A stretch of DNA of 22,784 nucleotides. It comes from Halodesulfurarchaeum sp. (GTDB lineage: Archaea; Halobacteriota; Halobacteria; Halobacteriales; Halobacteriaceae). The stretch spans positions 1 through 22,784 of the forward strand of contig JBDGUI010000012.1 of assembly GCA_042216015.1 (NCBI GenBank), in the 5' to 3' direction. Under the pieces are notes generated by a model. The model searched no databases, had not been told where the DNA came from, and saw only the letters and a program-made list of their open reading frames with translations. The position numbers were made by a program, and so were the translations under genes. Below, piece after piece: positions 8,761-18,009 of this stretch (position 1 is its first letter; each line of letters starts with the position of its first letter).

Positions 8761-9300
8761 ATGCACCTTCCGACTCCCCAGGACCTGCGGGAGCGCCGAA
8801 CGGACCTCGATCTAACCCAGCGAGAGCTCGCCGAGCGGGCCGAGGTCTCCCAGCCACTCATCGCCCGAATCGAGGGCGGGGACGTCGACCCCCGGCTCTC
8901 GACGCTTCGGCGGATCGTCGAGGCGCTCGAGGCGGCCGAAAGCGAGGTCATCCGGGCAGCGAGTTTGATGCACGAGACGGTCGTCAGTGTCAGTCCCGAC
9001 GAGCCAGTCTCCGTCGCCGTCGAGCGAATGCAGCAGGAGGGGTACTCTCAACTGCCCGTCATCGACGACGGCGTCCCGGTCGGCTCGATCAGCGATTCGG
9101 ACGTGATCCTGGCCGGCGAGAAGGTCGGGGACAAACCCGTCCGCGAGATCATGAGCGAGAGTTTTCCGACGGTCTCCCCGGATACGGTCCTCTCGGAGAT
9201 CCGCAGCCTGCTCGAGTACTACAAGGCGGTGATGGTCACGAAGGACGGGACGACGGTGGGCATCATCACACAGGCCGACGTCGCAGCCCGAGTCAGCTAA
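8761..9300 (+). CDS. XRE-type HTH + tandem CBS domain transcriptional regulator
   Basis: HTH LTQRELAERAEVSQPLIARIEGGDVDPRLSTL; CBS motifs YSQLPV.DDGVPVGSI and VGIITQAD. Start moved from 8638 to ATG 8761. Confidence 0.9.
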   Translation: MHLPTPQDLRERRTDLDLTQRELAERAEVSQPLIARIEGGDVDPRLSTLRRIVEALEAAESEVIRAASLMHETVVSVSPDEPVSVAVERMQQEGYSQLPVIDDGVPVGSISDSDVILAGEKVGDKPVREIMSESFPTVSPDTVLSEIRSLLEYYKAVMVTKDGTTVGIITQADVAARVS

Positions 9301-9331
9301 CCGGCTCCCGTCGCACTCACCGGCTCAGTTC

Positions 9332-10318
9332 CTACTCGTCCGGTTCGAGTTCGAGTCCCCGAATTCGGACTGCTGCCCCCTTCGTAACGCTCCCGATGAT
9401 CGTTCCGTCCGTCTCCTCGACGAGTGACTCTCCATCCTCCGGGTCGACTGCGACGACGAACCCTGTCCCCATGTTGAATGTCCGATGCATCTCCCGATCC
9501 GAGATGTTTCCCGCGGACTGGACGAAATCGAAGACTGGCTGGACCGGATGTGGATCGGTGATCTCGTAGCCGAATTCGCCCATCCGGAAGAGGTTCGTCC
9601 AGCCCCCGCCGGTGACGTGGGCGGCCGCGTGAACGTCGTGGGCATGGAGCGCGTCGAGGAGGTAGGTGTAAATCCGGGTCGGCTCGAGGAGAGCCTCGCC
9701 GATCGATCGATCGGTCCCCGGAAGTGAATCGTCGTAGCTGTGCTCGTCCGTGGCTGCCCTCCTCGCCAGCGTGAGCCCATTCGAATGCACGCCACTCGAG
9801 GGAACCCCGACGAGGACGTCTCCCGGCTCGGCATCGCCCTCGAGCAATTGCTCCTCGGTCGCCAGTCCGGCTGCGGCACCGGCCAGATCGAAACCCGAGA
9901 TGACCTCCGGCAGCACCGCGGTTTCCCCACCGACGAGGCTCACACCGGCGCGATTCGCGCCGTCGGCAAGTCCTTCGCCGATCTCCGCACTCGTGGCCTC
10001 GCTCGGCTCGTCGACGGCGAGGTAATCGACGAAGGCGATGGGAGTGACCCCGGCTGCGACGAGGTCGTTCACGTTCATCGCAATGCAGTCGATCCCGATA
10101 GTCGAGTAGTCCTCGAGGGCCTCGGCGACGAGGAGTTTCGTGCCGACACCGTCGGTGGTCATCGCGAGATAGCGGTCGCCGATGTCGATCAGCCCCGCGT
10201 AGGCGGTGGTGTCCTCGATGTCGCCCATGGCACCGACCAGCGCGCCGACCGCAGCCTCGCTCTCCTCGATGTCGACGCCCGCGTCGGCGTAGGTCAGTTC
10301 GTCCTCCGCTTCGGTCAT
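9332..10318 (-). CDS. purM: Phosphoribosylformylglycinamidine cyclo-ligase (AIR synthetase)
   Basis: TYADAGVDI, TDGVGTK, AMNVND, GGETA, SSGVHSNG, AHVTGGG and TFNMGTGF. Confidence 0.97.
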   Translation of the reverse strand: MTEAEDELTYADAGVDIEESEAAVGALVGAMGDIEDTTAYAGLIDIGDRYLAMTTDGVGTKLLVAEALEDYSTIGIDCIAMNVNDLVAAGVTPIAFVDYLAVDEPSEATSAEIGEGLADGANRAGVSLVGGETAVLPEVISGFDLAGAAAGLATEEQLLEGDAEPGDVLVGVPSSGVHSNGLTLARRAATDEHSYDDSLPGTDRSIGEALLEPTRIYTYLLDALHAHDVHAAAHVTGGGWTNLFRMGEFGYEITDPHPVQPVFDFVQSAGNISDREMHRTFNMGTGFVVAVDPEDGESLVEETDGTIIGSVTKGAAVRIRGLELEPDE

Positions 10319-10372
10319 GCAGGTATCGGCGTGGGGGGCAGCGAAAAGCCCTGCGGTCCGTTCCCCTGGCCG

Positions 10373-10960
10373 CTACCCGAACAGCACCCACACTGCGAGG
10401 AGCAGGGCCGGGACGAAGGTCCCCACGTAGACCGGGACACTCCAGTCCTTGACCGTCGCGCCGTCGAGCGCCCCGATCGGCAGGAGGTTGAACGCGGCGA
10501 GGAAGAGGTTGATCGTCACGCCCCGACTCCCGAGGAGCGGGGCGATCAGGGCGACCGGAACGAACAGGGCAGCCAGAGCCAGGTTCGTCATTGGGCCGGC
10601 GAGCGCGATCAGGCCGTGCTGTCTGTCGCTCAGTCGACCGCGGTGATAGACGGCACCGGGGGCCGCAAAGACGAACCCCGCCAGTCCGCCCACGATCGCG
10701 AAGGCGAGCATCCTGTAATCGGCCTGGAAGCGTGCGTACTGCCCGAATCGAACCGCCACGACCTTGTGGGCCAGCTCGTGTAGCAGGAAGCCGACCCCAA
10801 CGGTGAGCAAACTCACGACCATCGCCCCGACGAAGGCCGGACTCAACAGGAACTCTCCGAGCGTCATCGGGGACACCCCCTCGAAGAAGAAGGCAAAGGC
10901 GAGCCCGAGGGAGAGCCACGCCACGAGCAGGTCTCGGAGTTCCCCCGTGTGCAATTTCAT
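10373..10960 (-). CDS. M50 (site-2 protease family) intramembrane zinc peptidase
   Basis: HELAH (HExxH), IALAGP and FNLLPIGALDG; very hydrophobic. Confidence 0.9.
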   Translation of the reverse strand: MKLHTGELRDLLVAWLSLGLAFAFFFEGVSPMTLGEFLLSPAFVGAMVVSLLTVGVGFLLHELAHKVVAVRFGQYARFQADYRMLAFAIVGGLAGFVFAAPGAVYHRGRLSDRQHGLIALAGPMTNLALAALFVPVALIAPLLGSRGVTINLFLAAFNLLPIGALDGATVKDWSVPVYVGTFVPALLLAVWVLFG

Positions 10961-12249
10961 AGGAAGAGTTGGACGATGATGTCGGCCCCGTTCGCTGCCC
11001 CCTCGATCATCGCCCGGGAGATCGCCGAGACGCTCTCGAAGTCCTCGCCCAGGTGGGGCAGGACGACGAAGGGAAAGAGCACCGAGGCGATCATGCTCCC
11101 GATGTTGGTGAGCGCGACGATGACGATGAGCCTGAAGAGACCGACGTCGAGCATGTTCCCGAGGAGTTCCGGGATGGGTGTCTCCTGGTCGTCGAGCAGT
11201 TCGTTCAACCGGCCGATGTCACTCACGTTGATCTTCGTGTGCTGGAGTTCGATGTACCCCGCAAACCAGCCGGGGGCGAGCAGGGGATTGATGCTCGTGA
11301 GCCACGCGACGAGGCCGCCGACCCCCGCCGACGTCCAGTGGGCCCCCGCGAGTTTCGCGAGCGCGAAGGCGAAGATCCCGTTGAAGAGGAACCACGCGAG
11401 GAAGACCGCGAACAGCGTCGGCTGGGAGACTCCGGAGAGGGCAAGCAGGACGAAAAAGAGCAGGAAGCCGAGCGTGAGCAGGTAGCCAACGGCCTTCCCG
11501 ATCGAGAACCGCCTCGTTTTCCGCCCCTGGAGGGTGTCCATCCCCGGCAGGGTTTCCGGGCGCTCGAGGTAGGCGAGAATGCCATCCCGGTGACCGGCCC
11601 CGACGACGGCCACCACGTCCAGCCCGGACGCTCGCAACTCGTGGAGATTGTGGGCGATGTAGGCATCACGCTCATCGATCAGGGTCTCCGCGGCCGTGGG
11701 ACTGAACTGTCGGAACTCCTCCATCATCGCGGAGACCATGTCCGTGTCGGTCAACTCGTCGAGGTCGATCTCCTCGCCTTCGGATCCGAAGCCCACGAAC
11801 GCCAGAACCAGCTCCCAGAGCAGGCGGAGCTTCTCCCGGAGCCCGATCCCGGCCCAGAACCGCTGGATCGTCACCTGAATGTCCCGGTCGACGAGGGCCA
11901 CGCCGGCACCGATTTCCTCGGCCGCGTCGATCCCGGCTTTCATGTCCGCTCCCGGTTCGACGTCGAATCTGTCGCCGAGGCGCTTTTGCACGTAGGACAG
12001 CAACCAGTACGCCAGGAACTGGTACGCCGCGCTTCCCCGCAGCAGCTCTCTGGGATCGATGTCCTCGGGATCCTCGCCCTGGAGCTGGCGGAACCGATTT
12101 TCGTCGAGTTCGACGGCGACGACATCGGGCCGTTCGTCCTCGATGACCGATCGGACCTCCTCGGCGCTCTCCTCGGAGACGTGGGCGGTTCCGACGACGC
12201 GGACGGACCCCTCGCCATCGCCCTGAAAATCGGTGGGATCCGTACTCAT
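10957..12249 (-). CDS. TraB/PrgY family protein with C-terminal membrane domain
   Basis: VVGTAHVS, PDVVAVELD, PGADM, LVDRDIQVT, LIDERD and VVGAGH, plus C-terminal TM helices. Start set at ATG 12249 (MSTDPT) because the track's longer N-terminus overlaps the divergent gene. Confidence 0.9.
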   Translation of the reverse strand: MSTDPTDFQGDGEGSVRVVGTAHVSEESAEEVRSVIEDERPDVVAVELDENRFRQLQGEDPEDIDPRELLRGSAAYQFLAYWLLSYVQKRLGDRFDVEPGADMKAGIDAAEEIGAGVALVDRDIQVTIQRFWAGIGLREKLRLLWELVLAFVGFGSEGEEIDLDELTDTDMVSAMMEEFRQFSPTAAETLIDERDAYIAHNLHELRASGLDVVAVVGAGHRDGILAYLERPETLPGMDTLQGRKTRRFSIGKAVGYLLTLGFLLFFVLLALSGVSQPTLFAVFLAWFLFNGIFAFALAKLAGAHWTSAGVGGLVAWLTSINPLLAPGWFAGYIELQHTKINVSDIGRLNELLDDQETPIPELLGNMLDVGLFRLIVIVALTNIGSMIASVLFPFVVLPHLGEDFESVSAISRAMIEGAANGADIIVQLFL

Positions 12250-12355
12250 TGATCGAAAGGATGGTATGGGAGCATAAATGCGTGACGAGGCCCGATTCGC
12301 TGGGGCGGTTGACGCAGCCGACACACTCAACTCACCGCCCCGAAAACGGAGTCCC

Positions 12356-12805
12356 ATGCCAGATCTCCTCTCGACCCGGATCACCAATCGATGGGTCGTC
12401 CGCTCCAGCGACGCCAACCATCTCGGAACGGCCCACGGCGGTTCGATCGTCAAGTGGATGGACGAGGTCGGTGGCATGTCCGCCGTGACCTTCGCCGGGA
12501 AGTGGTGTGTCACGGCCCACATGGGCAGCGTGGATTTCAAACGGCCGATCCAGACGGACGATACGGTCCACGTCGAGGCCTACGTCTACGAGGCCGGGGA
12601 GACCTCGGTTCGGGTGCACGTCGAAGCCTCGCGGGAGGACCTTCGCACTGGCGACCGCGAACCGGCGAGCGAGGCTCACATCGTCTACGTCGCCGTGGAC
12701 GAGGAGCACGAGCCCTCGCCTGTGCCGTCACTGACGGTCGATTCCGGGGAGGGAAAGCGGCTTCGAGCGGCCGCCCTGAACGGCGACCCGGATCGAGAAC
12801 GCTGA
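12356..12805 (+). CDS. Acyl-CoA thioesterase (HotDog fold, YciA-like)
   Basis: DANHLGTAHGG...WMDE, VTAHMGSVDFKRPI, GETS and YVAVDE. Start set at ATG 12356. Confidence 0.9.
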   Translation: MPDLLSTRITNRWVVRSSDANHLGTAHGGSIVKWMDEVGGMSAVTFAGKWCVTAHMGSVDFKRPIQTDDTVHVEAYVYEAGETSVRVHVEASREDLRTGDREPASEAHIVYVAVDEEHEPSPVPSLTVDSGEGKRLRAAALNGDPDRER

Positions 12806-12810
12806 GTTTT

Positions 12811-15264
12811 TCACGGCAACGCGAACCCACCCAGCCGGCTCCAGACGACCACGGCCGAGGGGGTCACGAGCACCGCGGTGAGATAGGAATAGAAGATCGC
12901 GATGGCCATGATCGTCCCGAACTGCCCCAGGATCGGCGTGATCGCGAGCACGAGAACGGCAACCCCCGATACGGTGGTCAACATGCTGCCGGTGAGCGCC
13001 CCGCCCGTCCCCCGCACGGTCTCCTCGATGGCCGTCTCGAGGTTCGATCCGTCGAACTCGTCGACGAACCGGTGGGTCATGTGGGCGGAATAATCCGTCC
13101 CAAGCCCGATCGCGATGGCCAGCACGGTGGCCGTGAGGGCGTTGAAGGGAATGCTGATGGCGCGCATCGTTCCCAGGATGAGCGTCAACGTGACCAGGAT
13201 CGGGACGAGGTTGACGATGCCCATCGTTCCGCTTCCCTCGAGCAATCGGTAGATGAAAACCAGGAAGATCGCAGTCCCGGCCAGGGCGAAGAGGAGGCTC
13301 CGCACCGCCGAGTCGAGGATGATGTCCGAGACGTCCTGGAAGACGACCGTCTGGCCGGTGGCCGTGGCCGAGAGTCGATAGCGGTCCGCGAGTTCCTTCG
13401 CGTCCGCAGCAGCCCCCGCCTGGGTGGCCTCACTCTCGATGTCGTAGGTCACCTTGGCGCTTCGGTAGTCCTCGGTCAGATACGCGCTCGCCTGACTCGC
13501 GTACGGCGACGCGAAGAGCCGGTCGTAGATCGTCTCGAGGTTGTCGTCCGGGATGCCGTCGTCGTCGATATCGTTCCGGGCGACCAGCGCGTCGAATGCC
13601 GGGTTCCGTTCGCGGTAGGCGTCGATGACGTCGACGATGCTCGAGGACTGGGCCACGCGGTCTTCCTCGACGAACGCACTGGGGGGATCGGTTCCGGCAC
13701 GTGTGATCGACTCGAGGGCGTAATCCGCCCGGAGTTGGCCCTTTACGTACATCGTGATCGAACTCTGGGCGTCGGTCGCGAAGGTGTCCTCCAGGTAATT
13801 GAGCGTCGCCGTCACGCTGTATTCGTGGGGCGCGAAGGGTTCGGGAAGGTCGTCGAGATAGTCGGGGGTGTCCTCAGGGGGGAGGAAGTCGTCCTGAGAA
13901 AAACTCGTGGAGACGCCGGCCCCGTAGCCTGCGGCCAGCACCGAGACGACGAGGACGAGGGCGAGAAACACGCGCGGTGCCTTCTTCGCGACGATCACGC
14001 CACCCGAGAGCGATCGGCCGATAACAGAGCCCTCCTGACCGATCGGCCTGTTGCCCCAGTGGGGAATCGAGTGGCGCGTGCGGAACCGGTCGAAGAGTAC
14101 CTTCGCCGCCGGGAGGAAAATCCCGAAAATGAGGAACGTGAAGACGATGCCCACCGCGGCGATGAGGCCGAAGTCACGAATCGGGGGGAGCGAACTGGTG
14201 CCGTTCGCGGCGAAGCCGATCACGGTCGTGCCCGTCACGATGAAGAAGGCGACGAACAACTGCTCGACCGTCTCGTGCATCGACTCGAGGACGGACTGTC
14301 CCTCGACGCGCTCCTCGCGGTAGCGATTGACGGCGTGGATGCCGAAGTCGATCCCGACCGCGAGCAGGAGCGGCGGGACCGCCGTCAGCATCTGCGTGAA
14401 CGGGATCCCTGCGAGTCCCATGAAGCCGATGGTCCAGATGACGGCCATGAGAAGCGAACCCAGCCCGAGGATCAGGTCCAGCGGATCCCGATAGGCATAG
14501 AGCAGGAACAGGACGATCAGGAGGATCGCCGCGGGTAACACGATGATGAGCGAGTCGAAGATGACGTTCGCGAACTCCTCGGAGATGATGCCGGTCCCGA
14601 AGACACGGAAGTCACCGTTACCGGCCTCGATCACGCGTCGGGTCTCGGTCTGAATTGATTGAAGCGGGCTCGTCCCACTCGTTCCCACTCCACTCGAAAG
14701 GCCCGTCGGGATCTCGTGAGTAATCACCGCGATGGTCGCGCTCGCGCGTGCCGATTCGCGATTGAAGTCCTGACTCAACGCACCGGTGAAACCCGGTGCC
14801 ATAGCGGCGCGCCTGACGGCGGCGTCGATTTCAGTCGGGGTCGCCCGCTCGATTGCTCGGATCTGGGCTTCAAGCGTCGTGGCACCCGGATCAAGTTGTC
14901 GAGCGACCTGCTGGGCGGCACTTCGGGTGTTCGTAACCCGCAAATCGGGTCGATCGAGGACCCGCTCCTGGGCCCGGAGCATCTGGAGCATCGCGGACTT
15001 CGAGAGGACGTTCGACGCCTCCTGGATGACCTGTGTCGAACCGGAATCCGGCGCGAACGGTCTGCCGAATTCGCGCTGGACGTCCGTGAGCGCTTCCTCG
15101 GAGGCGGTCCCCTCCGAGAACTGTTGGGTGCCCGTCTCGGTCGTGATGTTGCCCATGCCCGTGGCCATCACGAGCGTGATGACCAGAAACGCAGCTATCA
15201 CTTCCCGCGGGTGGTCCGCGATGAGGTTCGAGACGCGTTCGACGATCTGTTCGTGATCGACCAT
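12811..15264 (-). CDS. RND superfamily / MMPL-type exporter
   Basis: Two homologous halves with large extracytoplasmic loops; TM motifs AVGIDFGIH..NRYREE and GLGTDYSAH..HRF. Confidence 0.9.
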   Translation of the reverse strand: MVDHEQIVERVSNLIADHPREVIAAFLVITLVMATGMGNITTETGTQQFSEGTASEEALTDVQREFGRPFAPDSGSTQVIQEASNVLSKSAMLQMLRAQERVLDRPDLRVTNTRSAAQQVARQLDPGATTLEAQIRAIERATPTEIDAAVRRAAMAPGFTGALSQDFNRESARASATIAVITHEIPTGLSSGVGTSGTSPLQSIQTETRRVIEAGNGDFRVFGTGIISEEFANVIFDSLIIVLPAAILLIVLFLLYAYRDPLDLILGLGSLLMAVIWTIGFMGLAGIPFTQMLTAVPPLLLAVGIDFGIHAVNRYREERVEGQSVLESMHETVEQLFVAFFIVTGTTVIGFAANGTSSLPPIRDFGLIAAVGIVFTFLIFGIFLPAAKVLFDRFRTRHSIPHWGNRPIGQEGSVIGRSLSGGVIVAKKAPRVFLALVLVVSVLAAGYGAGVSTSFSQDDFLPPEDTPDYLDDLPEPFAPHEYSVTATLNYLEDTFATDAQSSITMYVKGQLRADYALESITRAGTDPPSAFVEEDRVAQSSSIVDVIDAYRERNPAFDALVARNDIDDDGIPDDNLETIYDRLFASPYASQASAYLTEDYRSAKVTYDIESEATQAGAAADAKELADRYRLSATATGQTVVFQDVSDIILDSAVRSLLFALAGTAIFLVFIYRLLEGSGTMGIVNLVPILVTLTLILGTMRAISIPFNALTATVLAIAIGLGTDYSAHMTHRFVDEFDGSNLETAIEETVRGTGGALTGSMLTTVSGVAVLVLAITPILGQFGTIMAIAIFYSYLTAVLVTPSAVVVWSRLGGFALP

Positions 15265-15267
15265 CGA

Positions 15268-16794
15268 TTACCGGCGGCGGTAGAGCACGACCGCGATCAG
15301 GAGTGCGACCACCACGACGGCCCCACCGATCAAAGACGGTGATGGGCCCGTGTCGACGGGTTCGGTCACCGAAAGCGGCACGCGGTAGGTCTTCGAGAGC
15401 TTGCTATCTCCGCCCGAATCGTACTGGAAGTCGAGCGAGAGGGGATAGGTCTTGACGTTCGCCGACCCAGCCGCGGCCACGCCGAAGGTGATCTTCGCGG
15501 ATTCGCCGGGCGCGAGTGACTCGATGTAGGCCTCGTCGTCGGCACTCGAGAGGGGATCGTTGGTGAAGATCTTCGCGTCGACGTTTTTCACCGTCGAATT
15601 GCCGTTGTTCCTCACCCGGACGGCGATCTGGTCGCCCGAGCCGGCGGCGATCGAGACGTTGACAGGTGTCACGACGAAGCGATCCCGGTCGGGTGCGAGG
15701 TCGGCGGTGATCTTCAGGGGTTCGGTCGTCCGCTCGTCACCCTCGGTGTTTTCGTAGGTGACGGCGAAACCGAACTGTTGCGGCGTCGCCTCGGCACTCT
15801 CCGATATCTCGATGGGGAAGGTGACCGGGACGGACTCGCCGGCCTGCAGGTCGCCGAGGGCGTATTCACTCGCGAGCGGGTGGATGTTCGTTCCGGCGCC
15901 GGTCAGGCGGAGGACGGCGTCCGTGACGGCCGCTCCCTCGTTTGTGACCGTCATTGTCAGTTCACCCTCCTGTCCAACCCGGAGGGAGTGCTGGACGTTC
16001 CCCAGCGTGAACTGGTCGGTTTCGGGGTCGACGCTCACGCCGGCTGAAAGCGGCGGCCACTGGCGCTCGAAGCCGTCACTGTTCTCGAAGGCGACGGTCG
16101 CCGCAATCGAGTAGGTGCCCGCCTCGGCACTGGCGGGCGAGGTGGCGTCGACGGTAATCGTTCGGTTCTCGCCGGCGTCCCACTCGCCCACGAAGGCGAC
16201 CGTCTTCGAATTCGACCCGAAGGCGACGTTTTCGGTCTCCGATTGCAGGGTGACCGTCGCGTCGGTGACGGTCTCCGTGCCGGTGTTCTCGAGAGTCATG
16301 GTGACTGTGCCCGATTCGCCGACGGTCAGGTTCTCGTGCAGGTCCACGATCGAGAACATGGCTCGATCCTCGACCACGATTTTCGCGTACACGGTGGTCG
16401 TCTCCTCCTCGTCGCCGTCGAAGACGTATTCGATCTCGATCGGAACGCGATAGGTGCCCGGCTCGACGTTCTGTGGGACCCGGATGGAGAACCGGTCGGT
16501 GATGACCTGTCCGTCCGGCATTCTACCCAGGCGGTGGGTGCCAGAGAGAACGGTGAACGGGGTCCCGCCCTGTTTCATGGTTGCCTTGACGTTCGTCGCG
16601 GTCTCGACGCGGTCGTCGATGTCTTTGGCGTCGTTCGTGAACTCGACGGCGATCTGGGTGGTCTCACCCGGGGTAACTGTCGGTTCGGGGACCTGGGTCT
16701 CGAAGCGAGGGTCTTCGGCGGCCAGCACGACCGTCGGCGCGACGGCCATGCCCACGAGGAGCAGGGCCGTCACGAGGAGCATGTGTCGTTTCAT
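15268..16794 (-). CDS. COG1361-type S-layer-domain surface protein (repeated Ig/CARDB-like domains)
   Basis: N-terminal signal peptide, repeated beta domains (V.N.G...L..GES, GTY.V) and a C-terminal TM anchor ending in RRR; 3 nt from the RND gene. Confidence 0.82.
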   Translation of the reverse strand: MKRHMLLVTALLLVGMAVAPTVVLAAEDPRFETQVPEPTVTPGETTQIAVEFTNDAKDIDDRVETATNVKATMKQGGTPFTVLSGTHRLGRMPDGQVITDRFSIRVPQNVEPGTYRVPIEIEYVFDGDEEETTTVYAKIVVEDRAMFSIVDLHENLTVGESGTVTMTLENTGTETVTDATVTLQSETENVAFGSNSKTVAFVGEWDAGENRTITVDATSPASAEAGTYSIAATVAFENSDGFERQWPPLSAGVSVDPETDQFTLGNVQHSLRVGQEGELTMTVTNEGAAVTDAVLRLTGAGTNIHPLASEYALGDLQAGESVPVTFPIEISESAEATPQQFGFAVTYENTEGDERTTEPLKITADLAPDRDRFVVTPVNVSIAAGSGDQIAVRVRNNGNSTVKNVDAKIFTNDPLSSADDEAYIESLAPGESAKITFGVAAAGSANVKTYPLSLDFQYDSGGDSKLSKTYRVPLSVTEPVDTGPSPSLIGGAVVVVALLIAVVLYRRR

Positions 16795-16836
16795 GGGTGT
16801 GGAATCGTCGGGTCGCGGTCGGTTCGTTGCTACCTA

Positions 16837-16860
16837 CTGAATGACCGTTCAGGGTTAAAT
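16837..16860 (-). promoter_or_regulatory. Putative promoter (TATA) plus palindromic operator of the COG1361-RND operon
   Basis: Minus-strand ATTTAACC directly followed by the imperfect palindrome CTGAA-N6-TTCAG (16837-16852). Confidence 0.5.
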
Positions 16861-17235
16861 GAGTGTGGGATTCCGTTTCGGCTCGCCGGCTTTGGGAGAG
16901 GTGAGTTTTGCGAACGACGTCACCGAACTCGAATCCCAACTTGGTTCGTTCGTTTCACTGTGCGTTCTGGACCTCTGCCCAGCCGTGGCAAATTTTGCCG
17001 ATGTCAGCTTCGGTCCTCTTGACGCCCGATTCGATCTGGTCTTCCTGCATCCGTTGGACCGCTTCTTCAGACACTGGAACATCGATAGGTCATTCATTGA
17101 GCCTGATTAGAGAGAGGATCAGGGTAAACTCCCCTCTCGATGTGGTTCACTGCTCGTAGATTGGATTTCTCATTTAGATATTGAAATCCATGGCGTGAAG
17201 GAAGAAGTGAAAACGTACGACAGTTCTGGAGGATG

Positions 17236-17649
17236 TCACGGAATGGAGCCTACAGTTTCTCTTGGCGAAGACTGTTCTTCAGTGCTCGTCTTCCACAACG
17301 CTTCTATTCGACCCTCGATTGCGGTGAGGACGATTGAATACACTTCGAGGGGATGCAGTGAGGGAACGTCGAGGTCTTCGACCGCACTCGCTTCCGGCGG
17401 CTTGTGGAAATGCGTTCTCGCATTGTGCTGGTTTGGGTGGCGATCCCACCGGCACTCCCAGGTTTCTCCGTCCTTCTGTGTTTCGACGTAGTGAAACGTG
17501 AAATCGTTCGTCTCGAACCACCTGATGTCCAAACGAGCCTCTGTGATCGTCGACGGATAGCGTTCCGGTTTCAGGGTGGAGTGGAGCAACCGGGGTTCTT
17601 CGGGATTCGGTTCGAATTCCGTGGCCTCGATCAGTTCATCGGAAGCGAA
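17236..17649 (-). pseudogene. 5'-truncated haloarchaeal protein with an RWDRHP..H..HFH.PP motif (resembles TumE/DUF6516-like putative toxins)
   Basis: An acidic, protein-like frame ARLDIRWF..DFTFHYVE...WECRWDRHPNQHNARTHFHKPP. There is no in-frame ATG, and the upstream part of the track ORF runs through hairpin DNA. The family link is recalled, not searched. Confidence 0.55.
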
Positions 17650-17753
17650 GGACCTCGAATTTGATGATGAGCAGTCGTCCGGCGAAAATGAGACGAAATG
17701 ACGGATGCGGTGCGGTTTGAATTGTGTTTGCGTATAGAGTAACGAGAGTACCA

Positions 17754-17903
17754 AAACCCTCGAAAGCCCCTCCCGCTCGTGCCCGCTCACGGGGATATCG
17801 CTTCCTTCGCTTCGCTCAGTCGCGATAGGGCTCCGCGAGGCGACCACAACCTGCGCGACGGCTTCGCCGTCACGTTATAAGGTGGTCGGCGGAGCCGACC
17901 ACC
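17754..17903. repeat. Hairpin-rich non-coding element (PATE/REP-like)
   Basis: Nested stems TATCGC/GCGATA (17796-17801 and 17822-17827), GACGGC-TTC-GCCGTC (17857-17871) and perfect GGTGGTCGGC-GGA-GCCGACCACC (17881-17903). GAAAGCCCCTCCC resembles the tnpB right-end GAAGCCCCACCC. Confidence 0.5.
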
Positions 17904-18009
17904 CAGTCGGACCCTTTTGGATTCCCACCCAACCGCAACTGCCCTTGTCGGTAGGGGGGATTATTTGTCCCTCTACTTCTCACTCGCCTTCCAGCCCTTT
18001 TAGCGAGAT

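Noticed and set aside
9297..10919. 540-aa Arg-rich ORF, and the 715-aa ORF at 12391-14538
   Set aside because: Alternative-frame or antisense artefacts overlapping purM/M50 and the thioesterase/RND genes; composition is non-halophilic.
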